Positions 26,953-37,281 of a DNA stretch of 64,000 nt are shown here, piece after piece. Source of the stretch: an uncultured Gammaproteobacteria bacterium (GTDB taxonomy: Bacteria; Patescibacteriota; Patescibacteriia; XYB2-FULL-38-15); contig OZ246416.1 of the NCBI GenBank assembly GCA_965231095.1, positions 677,595 through 741,594 on the forward strand, read 5' to 3'. Position 1 is the first letter of the stretch; each line of letters opens with the position of its first letter. A program made the position numbers and the translations under genes. The notes below the pieces were generated by a model. The model was not told the DNA's origin. It saw only the letters and a list, made by a program, of their open reading frames with translations, and did not search any database.

Positions 26953-29211
26953 ATGTATTTACAGAAACTAGAAATTCAAGGATTTAAGTCTTTTGCCAAT
27001 AAGACCGTTTTGGAATTTACTCCGAAAGATAAGGGTGGAAAAAGTATTACGGCGGTGGTTGGGCCAAACGGTTCGGGCAAATCAAATATTGCCGATGCCG
27101 TTCGTTGGGTTTTGGGCGAGCAGAGTTTGAAATTGCTTCGCGGAAAAAAGTCGGAAGATGTGATTTTTTCCGGATCGCCCAAAAAGCCGCGCATGGGTTT
27201 TGCTGAAGTTTCGCTGTATTTGAATAATGAAGACGGCTCCTCGCCGATTGATTTTCGCGAAGTGGTTTTGACCCGCCGGGTTTATCGCTCGGGCGAGAGT
27301 GAGTATTTGATAAATAAAAGTAAAGTGCGGCTTTCAGATGTCTTGCTCCTTTTGGCGCAATCAAATTTTGGCCAAAAAACTTATGCCATCATCGGCCAAG
27401 GAATGGTGGACGCGATGTTACTTGCCACGCCGCTCGAGCGCAAAGAATTTTTTGATGAAGCAACCGGCGTTGAGCAATACCAAATGAAACGCGATCAGGC
27501 GATGAATAAATTAAAAGCCAGTGAAGAAAATTTAGGTCAGGCGGAAACGCTTTTCGCGGAAATCGAGCCGCGGGTAAAATCTCTGACGCGGCAAATGAAA
27601 CGCCTGGCCGAGCGGAGCCAAGTTGAAGCCGAACTGAAAAATTTGCAGAAAAAATATTATAGCCATCTTTGGAAAGAGTTGAACAGTAAAATGAAAACCG
27701 AGGAAACACGACTCGCCCCGCTTTTAGCTAAAAAGAAAAAATTGGAAGAAGAAGTTGCCCTAGCCGAAGGAAAATTAAAGACCATGGAAAAAGAGCAGCC
27801 GACCTCCGACGTTTTTCGAAAACTTCAAACTGAGTACGAAAAATTATTTGAAGAAAAAAATCATTTGCGCGAGCGGGATATGGCCATAAAAAATAAGATG
27901 GCGCTCGCGGAGCACGCGGAACTTGTCCGGCCCATGGCCATGCCGGCCAATGAAATTGAAATGACCGTGGAAGATTTGTTTAAAAGTTATGAAAATTTTG
28001 TTAAAAAATTAGTGAACGCCAAGACCGAGGGCGCGATCGCGGATTTGAAAAAAGAAGCGGAAGAATTGAGGAAAGAATTCGCGGCTTTTTTTGCCAAATT
28101 AAAACGCGAGCCGGCCAAACGCGAAGCAACAAAGATTGATCCGTCGCTTCCGAAAGAACTTGAGAAAATTTCCGGAGAAATTGAAAATATAAATCGGGCG
28201 TTAACCGAGGTCCAAGTAAAAATTGAAAATTTTAATCGCGAGCAGGAAGCCGAGCGGAGAAGTTTTTTTGAGCTGCAAAGAAATCTCCAATTAAAACAGC
28301 ACGAGCTTTATCTTTTATCTTCGGAAATTAACGCGATTCAGGTGGAGGGGGCGGGCGCGGCGGCGCGGCGGGAAGATTTGGAAAGAGAAATTAGGCAGGA
28401 AGTGGGCGAGCCGGGGGAACTTGGCGAGCCGGAAGGATTTGAGCCGGATTGGCACGAGAAAATTTTTAAATTTAAGCATCAGCTGGAGTTGATTGGCGGA
28501 ATTGATCCGGAAACGGAAAAGGAATATAAAGAATCAAGCGAGCGTTATGAATTTTTAAAAACCCAGATCGGGGATTTACGCGGAGCGATTGATTCTTTGA
28601 TGAAAGTGATTGGCGAGTTGGATGGAATTATTAAAAAACAATTTGACACGGCTTTTCATAAGATCAACGACGAATTTGAAAAATATTTTAAGATTTTGTT
28701 TGGCGGGGGCAAGGCCCAATTGATTTTGAAAAAAGAAATTAAAGTTCCCGAAGAGGAAGCAGCGGCTGAAGGAGAAGAAATGTCAGCGGAAGAAAATGAA
28801 CCCGCCTCCGCTAAAGCTACGGCGGACAGGAAGAAGGGTGAAGAATTTATCGCCGGAATTGAAGTTGAAGCGACTCCCCCGGGAAAACGGCTAAAAGGAA
28901 TTGGCATGCTCTCGGGCGGCGAACGGGCGCTAACTTCTATCGCACTTCTCTCGGCAATTATTTCCCAGAATCCCGCGCCGTTTGTTGTTTTGGATGAAGT
29001 GGACGCGGCGCTTGATGAATCAAATTCCATCCGCTTTGCCAATGTTTTTGATGAGCTGACCGCGAAGACCCAATTTATTTTGATCACTCATAATCGCGCC
29101 ACAATGCAAAAAGCCAGTATTTTGTATGGTGTGACCATGGAGGCGGACGGCGTCTCGCGGCTTTTGAGTTTAAATCTGGAACAAGCGGAAAAAGCGGTAC
29201 GGTCCGCTTGA
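26953..29211 (+). CDS. smc: SMC-family chromosome segregation ATPase, unusually short (752 aa)
   Basis: MYLQKLEIQGFKSF start, Walker A GPNGSGKSN, long coiled coil, C-terminal LSGGERALTSIALL signature and VVLDEVDAALD Walker B; start trimmed from 26803. Confidence 0.75.
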   Translation: MYLQKLEIQGFKSFANKTVLEFTPKDKGGKSITAVVGPNGSGKSNIADAVRWVLGEQSLKLLRGKKSEDVIFSGSPKKPRMGFAEVSLYLNNEDGSSPIDFREVVLTRRVYRSGESEYLINKSKVRLSDVLLLLAQSNFGQKTYAIIGQGMVDAMLLATPLERKEFFDEATGVEQYQMKRDQAMNKLKASEENLGQAETLFAEIEPRVKSLTRQMKRLAERSQVEAELKNLQKKYYSHLWKELNSKMKTEETRLAPLLAKKKKLEEEVALAEGKLKTMEKEQPTSDVFRKLQTEYEKLFEEKNHLRERDMAIKNKMALAEHAELVRPMAMPANEIEMTVEDLFKSYENFVKKLVNAKTEGAIADLKKEAEELRKEFAAFFAKLKREPAKREATKIDPSLPKELEKISGEIENINRALTEVQVKIENFNREQEAERRSFFELQRNLQLKQHELYLLSSEINAIQVEGAGAAARREDLEREIRQEVGEPGELGEPEGFEPDWHEKIFKFKHQLELIGGIDPETEKEYKESSERYEFLKTQIGDLRGAIDSLMKVIGELDGIIKKQFDTAFHKINDEFEKYFKILFGGGKAQLILKKEIKVPEEEAAAEGEEMSAEENEPASAKATADRKKGEEFIAGIEVEATPPGKRLKGIGMLSGGERALTSIALLSAIISQNPAPFVVLDEVDAALDESNSIRFANVFDELTAKTQFILITHNRATMQKASILYGVTMEADGVSRLLSLNLEQAEKAVRSA

Positions 29212-29292
29212 CAAAAAAGCGGCAATATAGCAAAATAGCAATACGGTCAAAATAATTTTTTAAAAGAGAATAATTTAACAGAAAAAGAAACT

Positions 29293-29676
29293 ATGTTGGT
29301 AATTCGTTTATCGCGTACGGGCAAGAACGCGCAGCCAAGCTACCGCGTGATTGTTTCGGAAAAATCTAAAGATCCTTGGGGAAAATATTTAGAAATCCTC
29401 GGGCATTATTATCCAAAAAAAGAAGCCAAATTAGTTGATCTTAAAGAAGAAAGATTAAAATATTGGATTGGCAAGGGCGCCCAACTTTCTGAAACCGTGA
29501 ATAATATTTTGGTTAATCAAGGAGTGGTAAATGCGCCAAAAGTTAGAATGGTAAAAATCAGTAAACGGCGCGCGGCTAAGGCGGCGGAAAGTAAAAAAGC
29601 CGAAGCAGCTACCTCGGCGGCTCCGAAGACTGAAGCTCCGGCCGAAGCGGCGAAAACAGAAGCGCCGAAGGCCTAA
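29293..29676 (+). CDS. rpsP: 30S ribosomal protein S16 with Ala/Lys-rich C-terminal tail
   Basis: MLVIRLSRTGKNAQPSYRVIV. Confidence 0.9.
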   Translation: MLVIRLSRTGKNAQPSYRVIVSEKSKDPWGKYLEILGHYYPKKEAKLVDLKEERLKYWIGKGAQLSETVNNILVNQGVVNAPKVRMVKISKRRAAKAAESKKAEAATSAAPKTEAPAEAAKTEAPKA

Positions 29677-29799
29677 TAGAGATCCCGGACTTGACTTTTT
29701 TTGAAAAAAATGTTATTGTAATAATATAAATAGCTCTTCTGTGCATGGTCGAACAGCAAAGAAGCTATCTTAAGAACATTAAACAAAGAAAAGAAACGT

Positions 29800-30123
29800 A
29801 TGGCAGAACGAGATCAAGAGTTCGTTGAATACATCGTGAAGCAGATCGTCAATCATCCGGAAGACGTCAAGACCGAAAGAACGGTCGACGAAATGGGAGT
29901 TTTAATCACTCTCAAAATCAACCAGGAAGACATGGGTTACGTGATTGGCAAGCAGGGTCAAACCGCTCGCTCAATCAGAACTCTGTTGAAGATTGTCGGC
30001 GCGAAAGAAAAAGCCAGAGTCAATTTGAAGATCTACGAACCGGAAGGTTCAAGGATGAATCGAAGAGGCCCGGCTCCTTCTTCTTCCGATGTTGACGCGG
30101 ATGTTGAAGACTTGAAAATCTAA
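29800..30123 (+). CDS. KH-domain RNA-binding protein (YlqC/UPF0109-like)
   Basis: VIGKQGQTARSIRTLL KH GxxG motif; conserved position between rpsP and trmD. Confidence 0.7.
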   Translation: MAERDQEFVEYIVKQIVNHPEDVKTERTVDEMGVLITLKINQEDMGYVIGKQGQTARSIRTLLKIVGAKEKARVNLKIYEPEGSRMNRRGPAPSSSDVDADVEDLKI

Positions 30124-30142
30124 AACATCAATATATAAAAAT

Positions 30143-30175
30143 AACACACCACAAGCTGGTGTGTTATTTTGTTTC
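30143..30175 (+). terminator. Rho-independent terminator aacacacca-caagc-tggtgtgtt + T-run
   Basis: Perfect 9-bp stem, after KH gene. Confidence 0.6.
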
Positions 30176-30215
30176 AGGGCTCGACAGGATACGGTAAAAA
30201 CAATATAATAAGACC

Positions 30216-30878
30216 ATGATAAATTTTGACATCATTACAATTTTTCCCGAAATTTTTAGTTCTTACTTTTCCGAGAGCATGATTTTGCGTGGGCAAAAAA
30301 AGAAGTTGATAAAAATAAATATCCACGATTTGCGGAAGTGGACGACCGACAAACGTAAAACGGTTGATGATAAACAGTATGGTGGAGGCCCCGGAATGGT
30401 GATGAAACCAGAGCCGATCGCCAAGGCGCTCCGTGCATTGAAAAAAAATAAGAAATCAAAAGTGATTTTATTCTCCGCCGGCGGGAAACAATTTAATAAC
30501 GGCGTGGCGGCGGATTTTGCAGAGAAATATGATCGCCTGATTTTAATTTGCGGACATTATGAAGGGGTTGATGAACGGGTGAAAAAAATAATTAAAGATT
30601 TAGGTTTTGAATTTTCGGAAATTTCCATCGGGCCGTATGTTTTGACCGGCGGAGAGCTTCCGGCTATGGTTTTAGTCGATGCCGTGGCGCGACAGATTCC
30701 CGGCGTGCTCGGCAAAGCAGAATCGCTTGAAGAAAAACGTTTGGGTGTCGGCGTGCCGGCCTACACCCGCCCGGAAATTTTTAAATTTAAAAATAAAAAA
30801 TATCAAGTGCCGAAAGTTTTATTGTCCGGCGATCATAAAAAAATTGAGGAGTGGCGAAAGGGACAAATAAAAAAATAA
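30216..30878 (+). CDS. trmD: tRNA (guanine37-N1)-methyltransferase
   Basis: MINFDIITIFPE..., GGGPGMVM SAM-binding motif. Confidence 0.9.
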   Translation: MINFDIITIFPEIFSSYFSESMILRGQKKKLIKINIHDLRKWTTDKRKTVDDKQYGGGPGMVMKPEPIAKALRALKKNKKSKVILFSAGGKQFNNGVAADFAEKYDRLILICGHYEGVDERVKKIIKDLGFEFSEISIGPYVLTGGELPAMVLVDAVARQIPGVLGKAESLEEKRLGVGVPAYTRPEIFKFKNKKYQVPKVLLSGDHKKIEEWRKGQIKK

Positions 30879-30955
30879 AAAAACACCCCGGGAGCGTATG
30901 ACGTTCCAAGGGTGGCAAACGGTCGACGTGACGAACACGCGAAGCGCGACACCTC

Positions 30956-31222
30956 CTATCGCTTCGCCGCGGGAATCTGCCGCAGCACAGCTTCGGTGCA
31001 GGGAACATTGGCCAAGGCTGGCCCTCCTGTCCCACCGGTGCCGAAGTAGGCGAAACAGAGGTCGGTTCTCGGATCCTTCGCGTAGACCATGTTCCCGACC
31101 CAGTAGTTGACCTCCCCGCCGAGTTGCTCGGACACTGACACTGGCGGGTCATAGCAGCTCGCGCAGAATGTGAAAACGCCGAGCAGAAGAGCTAACGCCA
31201 AAAGCGACCAAAACTTCTTCAT
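30956..31222 (-). CDS. Small secreted lipoprotein-like protein, GC-rich island 3
   Basis: MKKFWSLLALALLLGVFTFCASC signal/lipobox; GGAGGA SD before ATG 31220-31222; ~58% GC; own promoter TTGACT-17-TACATT (minus). Confidence 0.5.
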   Translation of the reverse strand: MKKFWSLLALALLLGVFTFCASCYDPPVSVSEQLGGEVNYWVGNMVYAKDPRTDLCFAYFGTGGTGGPALANVPCTEAVLRQIPAAKR

Positions 31223-31344
31223 CTCTCTTCCTCCTCGTCCAGGGAAGATGATTTTCACCCAGACAAACCAATGTAACACGATCTTACATACAAGTCAAGG
31301 TTAGTGTAGGAAAAATGATTGTGGAAAAACTGGGGAAAAGCCCC

Positions 31345-31373
31345 TTGACATAAAAAAATAAAGGAGTTAAAAT
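31345..31373 (+). promoter_or_regulatory. rRNA promoter P1 TTGACA-17-TAAAAT
   Basis: Spacing and hexamers read directly. Confidence 0.55.
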
Positions 31374-31448
31374 ACACGTGTTCTTGAAAGTTGTTGCGTT
31401 TTTTACTTTATTATTAAAGAAAAAAACAGCCGAACATACATTTCACGA

Positions 31449-31477
31449 TTGACAATTTAAAAAGAACGTTTTAATAT
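31449..31477 (+). promoter_or_regulatory. rRNA promoter P2 TTGACA-17-TAATAT
   Basis: Spacing and hexamers read directly. Confidence 0.55.
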
Positions 31478-31624
31478 ACTATTGTCGCTAGAAATAGCGA
31501 CATTTAGTATCCGTTTCTTTGACAACTTAAAGTAACAGAAGTACGCCAATTTGTTCTAGTTCTCAAACTAGAACACTCCGTCGAAAGACGGAGCCTTAAG
31601 TATTTAAATTTTTATTTGAATACT

Positions 31625-33161
<1,537 letters not shown>

Positions 33162-33357
33162 AGGGAGAAAAAAATATTGTCCCCCTCACGGGACAAGATT
33201 GGTCGAAGTTTCATTTATTTGAAACTTTCAAAGTTATTAGGTGTGAAAAGATAAGAAAGCCGTACTTCTGTTACTTCAAGTTGTCAAATGCAAAAATGAT
33301 TGGTAAACTCTTGCAAGAACCAATCATTTTTGTTATCATTTTAGAAGTATATTTCGT

Positions 33358-33434
33358 GGGCGCGTAGCTCAGTCGGTTAGAGCGCGTCACTGATAATGAC
33401 GAGGTCGGAGGTTCGATTCCTCCCGCGCCCACCA
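33358..33434 (+). tRNA. tRNA-Ile (GAT), CCA encoded
   Basis: Cloverleaf folded by hand: acceptor gggcgcg/cgcgccc, anticodon loop ctGATaa. Confidence 0.9.
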
Positions 33435-33443
33435 TGAATTTTT

Positions 33444-33650
33444 ATGAAAGAAAGAGAACACGGACCAGAAAGAAAGTTGAATAAATATACCTATTGTGAT
33501 AATTCGGCGAAGGGTGAAGTTATTTTTGAATGCGTTGCTGAAAATATACTTGAAGCGGATAAACTCTACGAGGCGGCAACGGGCAAAAATCCGGAAAAGC
33601 AAAATCATGTTGGGTGCTCCGTAGAAAAAATAGAAGAAAATAAAATTTAA
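33444..33650 (+). CDS. Small hypothetical ORF between tRNA-Ile and tRNA-Phe
   Basis: 68-aa ORF only; no motif. Confidence 0.2.
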   Translation: MKEREHGPERKLNKYTYCDNSAKGEVIFECVAENILEADKLYEAATGKNPEKQNHVGCSVEKIEENKI

Positions 33651-33658
33651 TTATTCTT

Positions 33659-33730
33659 GCCGGGGTAGCTCAGTGGTAGAGCGAAGGACTGAAAATCCTT
33701 GCGTCGTGAGTCCGATTCTCACCCCCGGCA
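33659..33730 (+). tRNA. tRNA-Phe (GAA)
   Basis: acceptor gccgggg/ccccggc, anticodon loop ctGAAaa. Confidence 0.9.
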
Positions 33731-33746
33731 TTTGGCATTTTAAAAC

Positions 33747-33817
33747 CGGGGTGTAGTACAACGGTAGTATGCATGCTTTGGGAGCATGAGACCCGGGTTC
33801 AATTCCCGGCACCCCGA
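33747..33817 (+). tRNA. tRNA-Pro (TGG)
   Basis: acceptor cggggtg/caccccg, anticodon stem catgc/gcatg, loop ttTGGga. Confidence 0.85.
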
Positions 33818-33844
33818 TAAAAGTCCCGTGACGGGAATTAAATT

Positions 33845-34165
33845 ATGGAAAACGACAAAGATCTCGAAATTTTACCCCCAGAAGAAGTAGCGGAGAAAAT
33901 AAAAAATTTTCCCGGTTGGATTTATGCGAACGATAAAATAACAAAAACTTTTTTGTTTCCGACTTTTGATGATGGGCTGGCTTTAGTCGGCGAGCTCGCG
34001 CCTTTTTCCAATAGAATTGATCACCATCCGGATATTCATATTTATTATAAAAAAATAGTTTTTGATCTGCAGCGTTTTAGCGTTGGCGGAAAAGTGACTG
34101 AGCGAGATTTTACAGTCGCAGAAGAAATCGAACGTTTATACGCGGCGAAAAATTATAATTTATAA
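33845..34165 (+). CDS. Pterin-4a-carbinolamine dehydratase (PCD/DCoH)
   Basis: EIERLYAAKNY and DHHPDIHIYYKK match PCD signature [EDKH]x3H[HN]Px5-6[YW]. Confidence 0.7.
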   Translation: MENDKDLEILPPEEVAEKIKNFPGWIYANDKITKTFLFPTFDDGLALVGELAPFSNRIDHHPDIHIYYKKIVFDLQRFSVGGKVTERDFTVAEEIERLYAAKNYNL

Positions 34166-34169
34166 AATT

Positions 34170-34241
34170 GCGGGCGTCGTATAATGGCTATTATGTCACC
34201 CTTCCAAGGTGAAAATGCCGGTTCGATTCCGGTCGCCCGCT
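34170..34241 (+). tRNA. tRNA-Gly (TCC)
   Basis: acceptor gcgggcg/cgcccgc, anticodon stem tcacc/ggtga, loop ctTCCaa; D-stem imperfect. Confidence 0.75.
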
Positions 34242-34271
34242 TTTGAAAATAGTTTATTTGTATTATTTTAA

Positions 34272-34766
34272 ATGAGTTATTTAATTATCATTAGAGGTCC
34301 GCTTGGCTGCGGCAAAACAACGATAGCAAAAAAATTAGCTTCTCGGATTGGTGGTAAATATTTTTCCGTTGATAGAATTCTTAAAAAATATAAGCTGGGG
34401 TATGATGTTGAGGATGGTAATATTTCTCAAAAAAGTTTCTTGAAGACAAATGAAGTACTGTTCCCGGAAGCTAAAAAGTTTTTAAATAAAAATAAACCGG
34501 TTATTTTTGACGGAAATTTTTACTGGAAATCTCATATTGAAGATTTAATAAAAAAGTTGAATGTACCTTATTATATATTCACACTGCACGCTCCACTGGA
34601 GATTTGTATAGAACGTGATAAAAAAAGATTTAAGACTTATGGAGTCGAAGCCGCTATGGCGGTTTATGGAAGATCCACGGCATTAAATTATGGGGTGGAG
34701 ATTGATACTACTCAGCCGATTGAACATACAATTAAAAAAATTATAACTTTTTTACCAAAACCATAG
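34272..34766 (+). CDS. P-loop NTPase, AAA_33/zeta-toxin-like small kinase
   Basis: IIIRGPLGCGKTT Walker A, 164 aa. Confidence 0.55.
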   Translation: MSYLIIIRGPLGCGKTTIAKKLASRIGGKYFSVDRILKKYKLGYDVEDGNISQKSFLKTNEVLFPEAKKFLNKNKPVIFDGNFYWKSHIEDLIKKLNVPYYIFTLHAPLEICIERDKKRFKTYGVEAAMAVYGRSTALNYGVEIDTTQPIEHTIKKIITFLPKP

Positions 34767-34818
34767 TATAAGCTCTAACGCCATTCGATAAAGTGATTTT
34801 TTTAAAATAAATTTTTTT

Positions 34819-35562
34819 ATGACTCCCCTATTTTGGATAATCGGCAGCACGGTGGTTGTTAGTTTAATTTCTCTTATTGGTGTTTTAACTTTGGCGTTGC
34901 GAGAAAAATATTTAGAAAAAATTCTGCTTGTTTTAGTAGCTCTCGCGTCGGGCGCTCTGATGGGTGGGGCGTTTATTCATCTTCTTCCGGAGGCGGTAGA
35001 AAAAAACGATGGTCAATCGGTTTTTCTTTGGGTGCTTATTGCCTTTGTAGTTTTTTTTATCGTAGAAAAATTTTTTCAATGGCGGCATTGCCACGAAGAA
35101 CATTGTGAAGTCCACACTTTTGGATACATGACTTTGATTGGCGACGGTTTGCATAATTTTATTGATGGTTTAATTATCGCCGCGGCTTTTGTGGAGGGCA
35201 CTGGTTTGGGAATTGTTGTGACCGCCGTAGTTGTTTTGCACGAAGTACCGCAAGAAATCGGTGATTTTGGCACGCTTCTATATTCCGGTTTCAAAAAAAG
35301 AAGAGCTCTTTTTATGAATTTTTTGAGTGCGGTGACGGCAATGGCGGGCGGAGTGATTGGTTATTTTTTGGCCAACGCTTCAGAAAATTTTATTAATATT
35401 TTACTCCCCTTCGCGGCTGGCGGATTTATTTACATCGGAGCCTCGGATCTTTTGCCGGAAATCAGAAAAACAACAAAGTTAAAAGAATCAGTGGGCACGT
35501 TGGTGATGTTTACTTTGGGAATAGTTCTTATTTATTTAATGAAATTTTTGGATGTTGAGTAG
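34819..35562 (+). CDS. zupT: ZIP-family divalent metal (zinc) transporter
   Basis: HNFIDGLIIAAAF and HEVPQEIGDFGTLL motifs, 8 TM. Confidence 0.85.
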   Translation: MTPLFWIIGSTVVVSLISLIGVLTLALREKYLEKILLVLVALASGALMGGAFIHLLPEAVEKNDGQSVFLWVLIAFVVFFIVEKFFQWRHCHEEHCEVHTFGYMTLIGDGLHNFIDGLIIAAAFVEGTGLGIVVTAVVVLHEVPQEIGDFGTLLYSGFKKRRALFMNFLSAVTAMAGGVIGYFLANASENFINILLPFAAGGFIYIGASDLLPEIRKTTKLKESVGTLVMFTLGIVLIYLMKFLDVE

Positions 35563-35624
35563 GAGTTCAAAATAGAAGATGTGCGATTTGAAATAATTTA
35601 TAAAGAGGGAGGAAAAAAGAAGGG

Positions 35625-35681
35625 TTGACAAAATAGCCAAAATATGGTATATTAAAAAGTCCCCAAAATAAGGGATTTTTT
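35625..35681 (+). promoter_or_regulatory. Promoter TTGACA-17-TATATT followed within the leader by terminator-like hairpin tcccc-aaaataa-ggga + T6 (possible attenuator) upstream of 3D-domain gene
   Basis: Read from sequence 35625-35681. Confidence 0.4.
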
Positions 35682-35696
35682 AAATCTAAAACCAAA

Positions 35697-36200
35697 ATGA
35701 AGAACTTAACTCAAATTATGAAATCAAACAAACAAAAACCAAATCTTGTCCATTTTGTTGTTATTTTAGCCATTGTGGCGGACTTATTGTTTCCTAAGGC
35801 CACGGCGGCCGATAGCATGGTTCCGTCTTTTACGGCCATGGGCAATGAAGCTGTTTTAGAGGTTATAGAGAGCGAGCCCGCTCATCTTGTGCGCGCTCAT
35901 GATCGTGAGCCGAAAAAGGTAATTTATGTTACTGTGACGGCGTATTCTAGTACGCCGGACCAGACTGACGACTCGCCGTTTATCACAGCCAATGGCACGT
36001 GGGTTCATGACGGAACTTTGGCCGCGAATTTTTTGCGCTTTGGGACAAAAGTTCGTTTGCCGGAATATTCCGGAGACAAAGTTTACGTAGTTGAGGACAG
36101 AATGAATCAACGCTATGATTACCGCGCTGACATCTGGATGGAATCGCGCGAAGCAGCCAAGCAGTTTGGAGTGAAGTATTTAAAAATGGAAATTTACTAA
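35697..36200 (+). CDS. 3D-domain protein (MltA/RlpA-like double-psi beta-barrel), secreted; probable peptidoglycan-binding/lytic
   Basis: Signal-anchor, then VTAYSSTPDQTDDSPFITANG...VVEDRMNQRYDYRADIWM with the three conserved Asp. Confidence 0.7.
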   Translation: MKNLTQIMKSNKQKPNLVHFVVILAIVADLLFPKATAADSMVPSFTAMGNEAVLEVIESEPAHLVRAHDREPKKVIYVTVTAYSSTPDQTDDSPFITANGTWVHDGTLAANFLRFGTKVRLPEYSGDKVYVVEDRMNQRYDYRADIWMESREAAKQFGVKYLKMEIY

Positions 36201-36261
36201 AGAAAAATAAAGAAACAAAAAGGGTTGCCAAAAGCAGCCTTTTTTGTTAAATTTAGTAAAC

Positions 36262-36333
36262 GGCCACGTAGCCAAGTGGTAAGGCAGGAGTCTGCAAAAC
36301 TCCTATACGCCGGTTCAATTCCGGCCGTGGCCT
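36262..36333 (+). tRNA. tRNA-Cys (GCA)
   Basis: acceptor ggccacg/cgtggcc, 3-bp D-stem, anticodon loop ctGCAaa, discriminator U. Confidence 0.9.
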
Positions 36334-36342
36334 TTTTAAAAT

Positions 36343-37257
36343 ATGGAAAAAAAATTTATTATCATTGATGGCAATGCGATCTTGCATCGCGCCTGGCATG
36401 CCCTGCCGCCGCTTACAACGCCGACAGGTGAGCCGGTAAATGCGGCATATGGTTTTACTTTGATTTTGATGAAAGCAATAAAGGATATCAAGCCAGCGTA
36501 CGCGGCCGTAACTTTTGACCGCAAAGAAAAAACTTTTCGTCATGAAATGTACGCCGAATATAAAGCGACGCGGGTGAAACAGCCGGATGAACTTTACGCC
36601 CAAATTCCCATCATTAAAAAAATTGTGACGGCGTTTGGTTTGCCGATTTATGAAAAAGAACGTTTTGAAGCCGACGATGTAATTGCCACAATTTGTAAAA
36701 ATAAAGAAGTTAATAAACCGGAAGTGGAGTCAATCGTCGTGACGGGCGACATGGACGCGCTGCAGCTAGTTGATGATAATACAAAAGTTTACGCGTTGCG
36801 CAAAGGAATTACCGACACGGTAATTTACGATGAGGCCGCGGTTTTTCTAAAATACGGATTGAGGCCGGATCAGTTGAATGATTTTAAAGCAATGCGAGGC
36901 GATCCGTCGGATAATATCCCGGGCGCGAAAGGAATCGGCGAGGTTGGCGCGGCGGCACTTATTAAGGAATTTGGATCAATCGAAAAAATGTATGAAGCGA
37001 TTGAAAAAAATGATGCACGTTTCCAAAAATTTAAACCGCGGATAATTGATATTTTGAAAAAAGAAAAAGACAATGTTTTTTTAGGAAAAAAATTGGTGAC
37101 GTTGGTTTTTGATGCGCCGGTGGATTTTAACCTCGAAGCGTGTAAAGTAAAAATTGATCCGAGTTCTGTGGTAGAAATTTTCAAAGACTTGGGTTTTACC
37201 TCGCTTCTTAAAAAAGTTGATGAATTGGCCGGCGGCGCGCAGAGTAATTTGTTATAA
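36343..37257 (+). CDS. 5'-3' exonuclease / flap endonuclease (stand-alone Pol I N-terminal domain homolog)
   Basis: IIDGNAILHRAWHALPP, FDRKEKTFRHEMYAEYKATR, H3TH region GIGEVGAAALI. Confidence 0.85.
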   Translation: MEKKFIIIDGNAILHRAWHALPPLTTPTGEPVNAAYGFTLILMKAIKDIKPAYAAVTFDRKEKTFRHEMYAEYKATRVKQPDELYAQIPIIKKIVTAFGLPIYEKERFEADDVIATICKNKEVNKPEVESIVVTGDMDALQLVDDNTKVYALRKGITDTVIYDEAAVFLKYGLRPDQLNDFKAMRGDPSDNIPGAKGIGEVGAAALIKEFGSIEKMYEAIEKNDARFQKFKPRIIDILKKEKDNVFLGKKLVTLVFDAPVDFNLEACKVKIDPSSVVEIFKDLGFTSLLKKVDELAGGAQSNLL

Positions 37258-37281
37258 AATTTTCGGCGAGAGTTTATTTAT

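Noticed and set aside
31517-31545. TTGACA-like hexamer (ctttgacaactt) upstream of 16S as a third promoter
   Set aside because: It is half of a 28-bp inverted repeat with 33261-33288. That makes it an rRNA processing stem, not a promoter.
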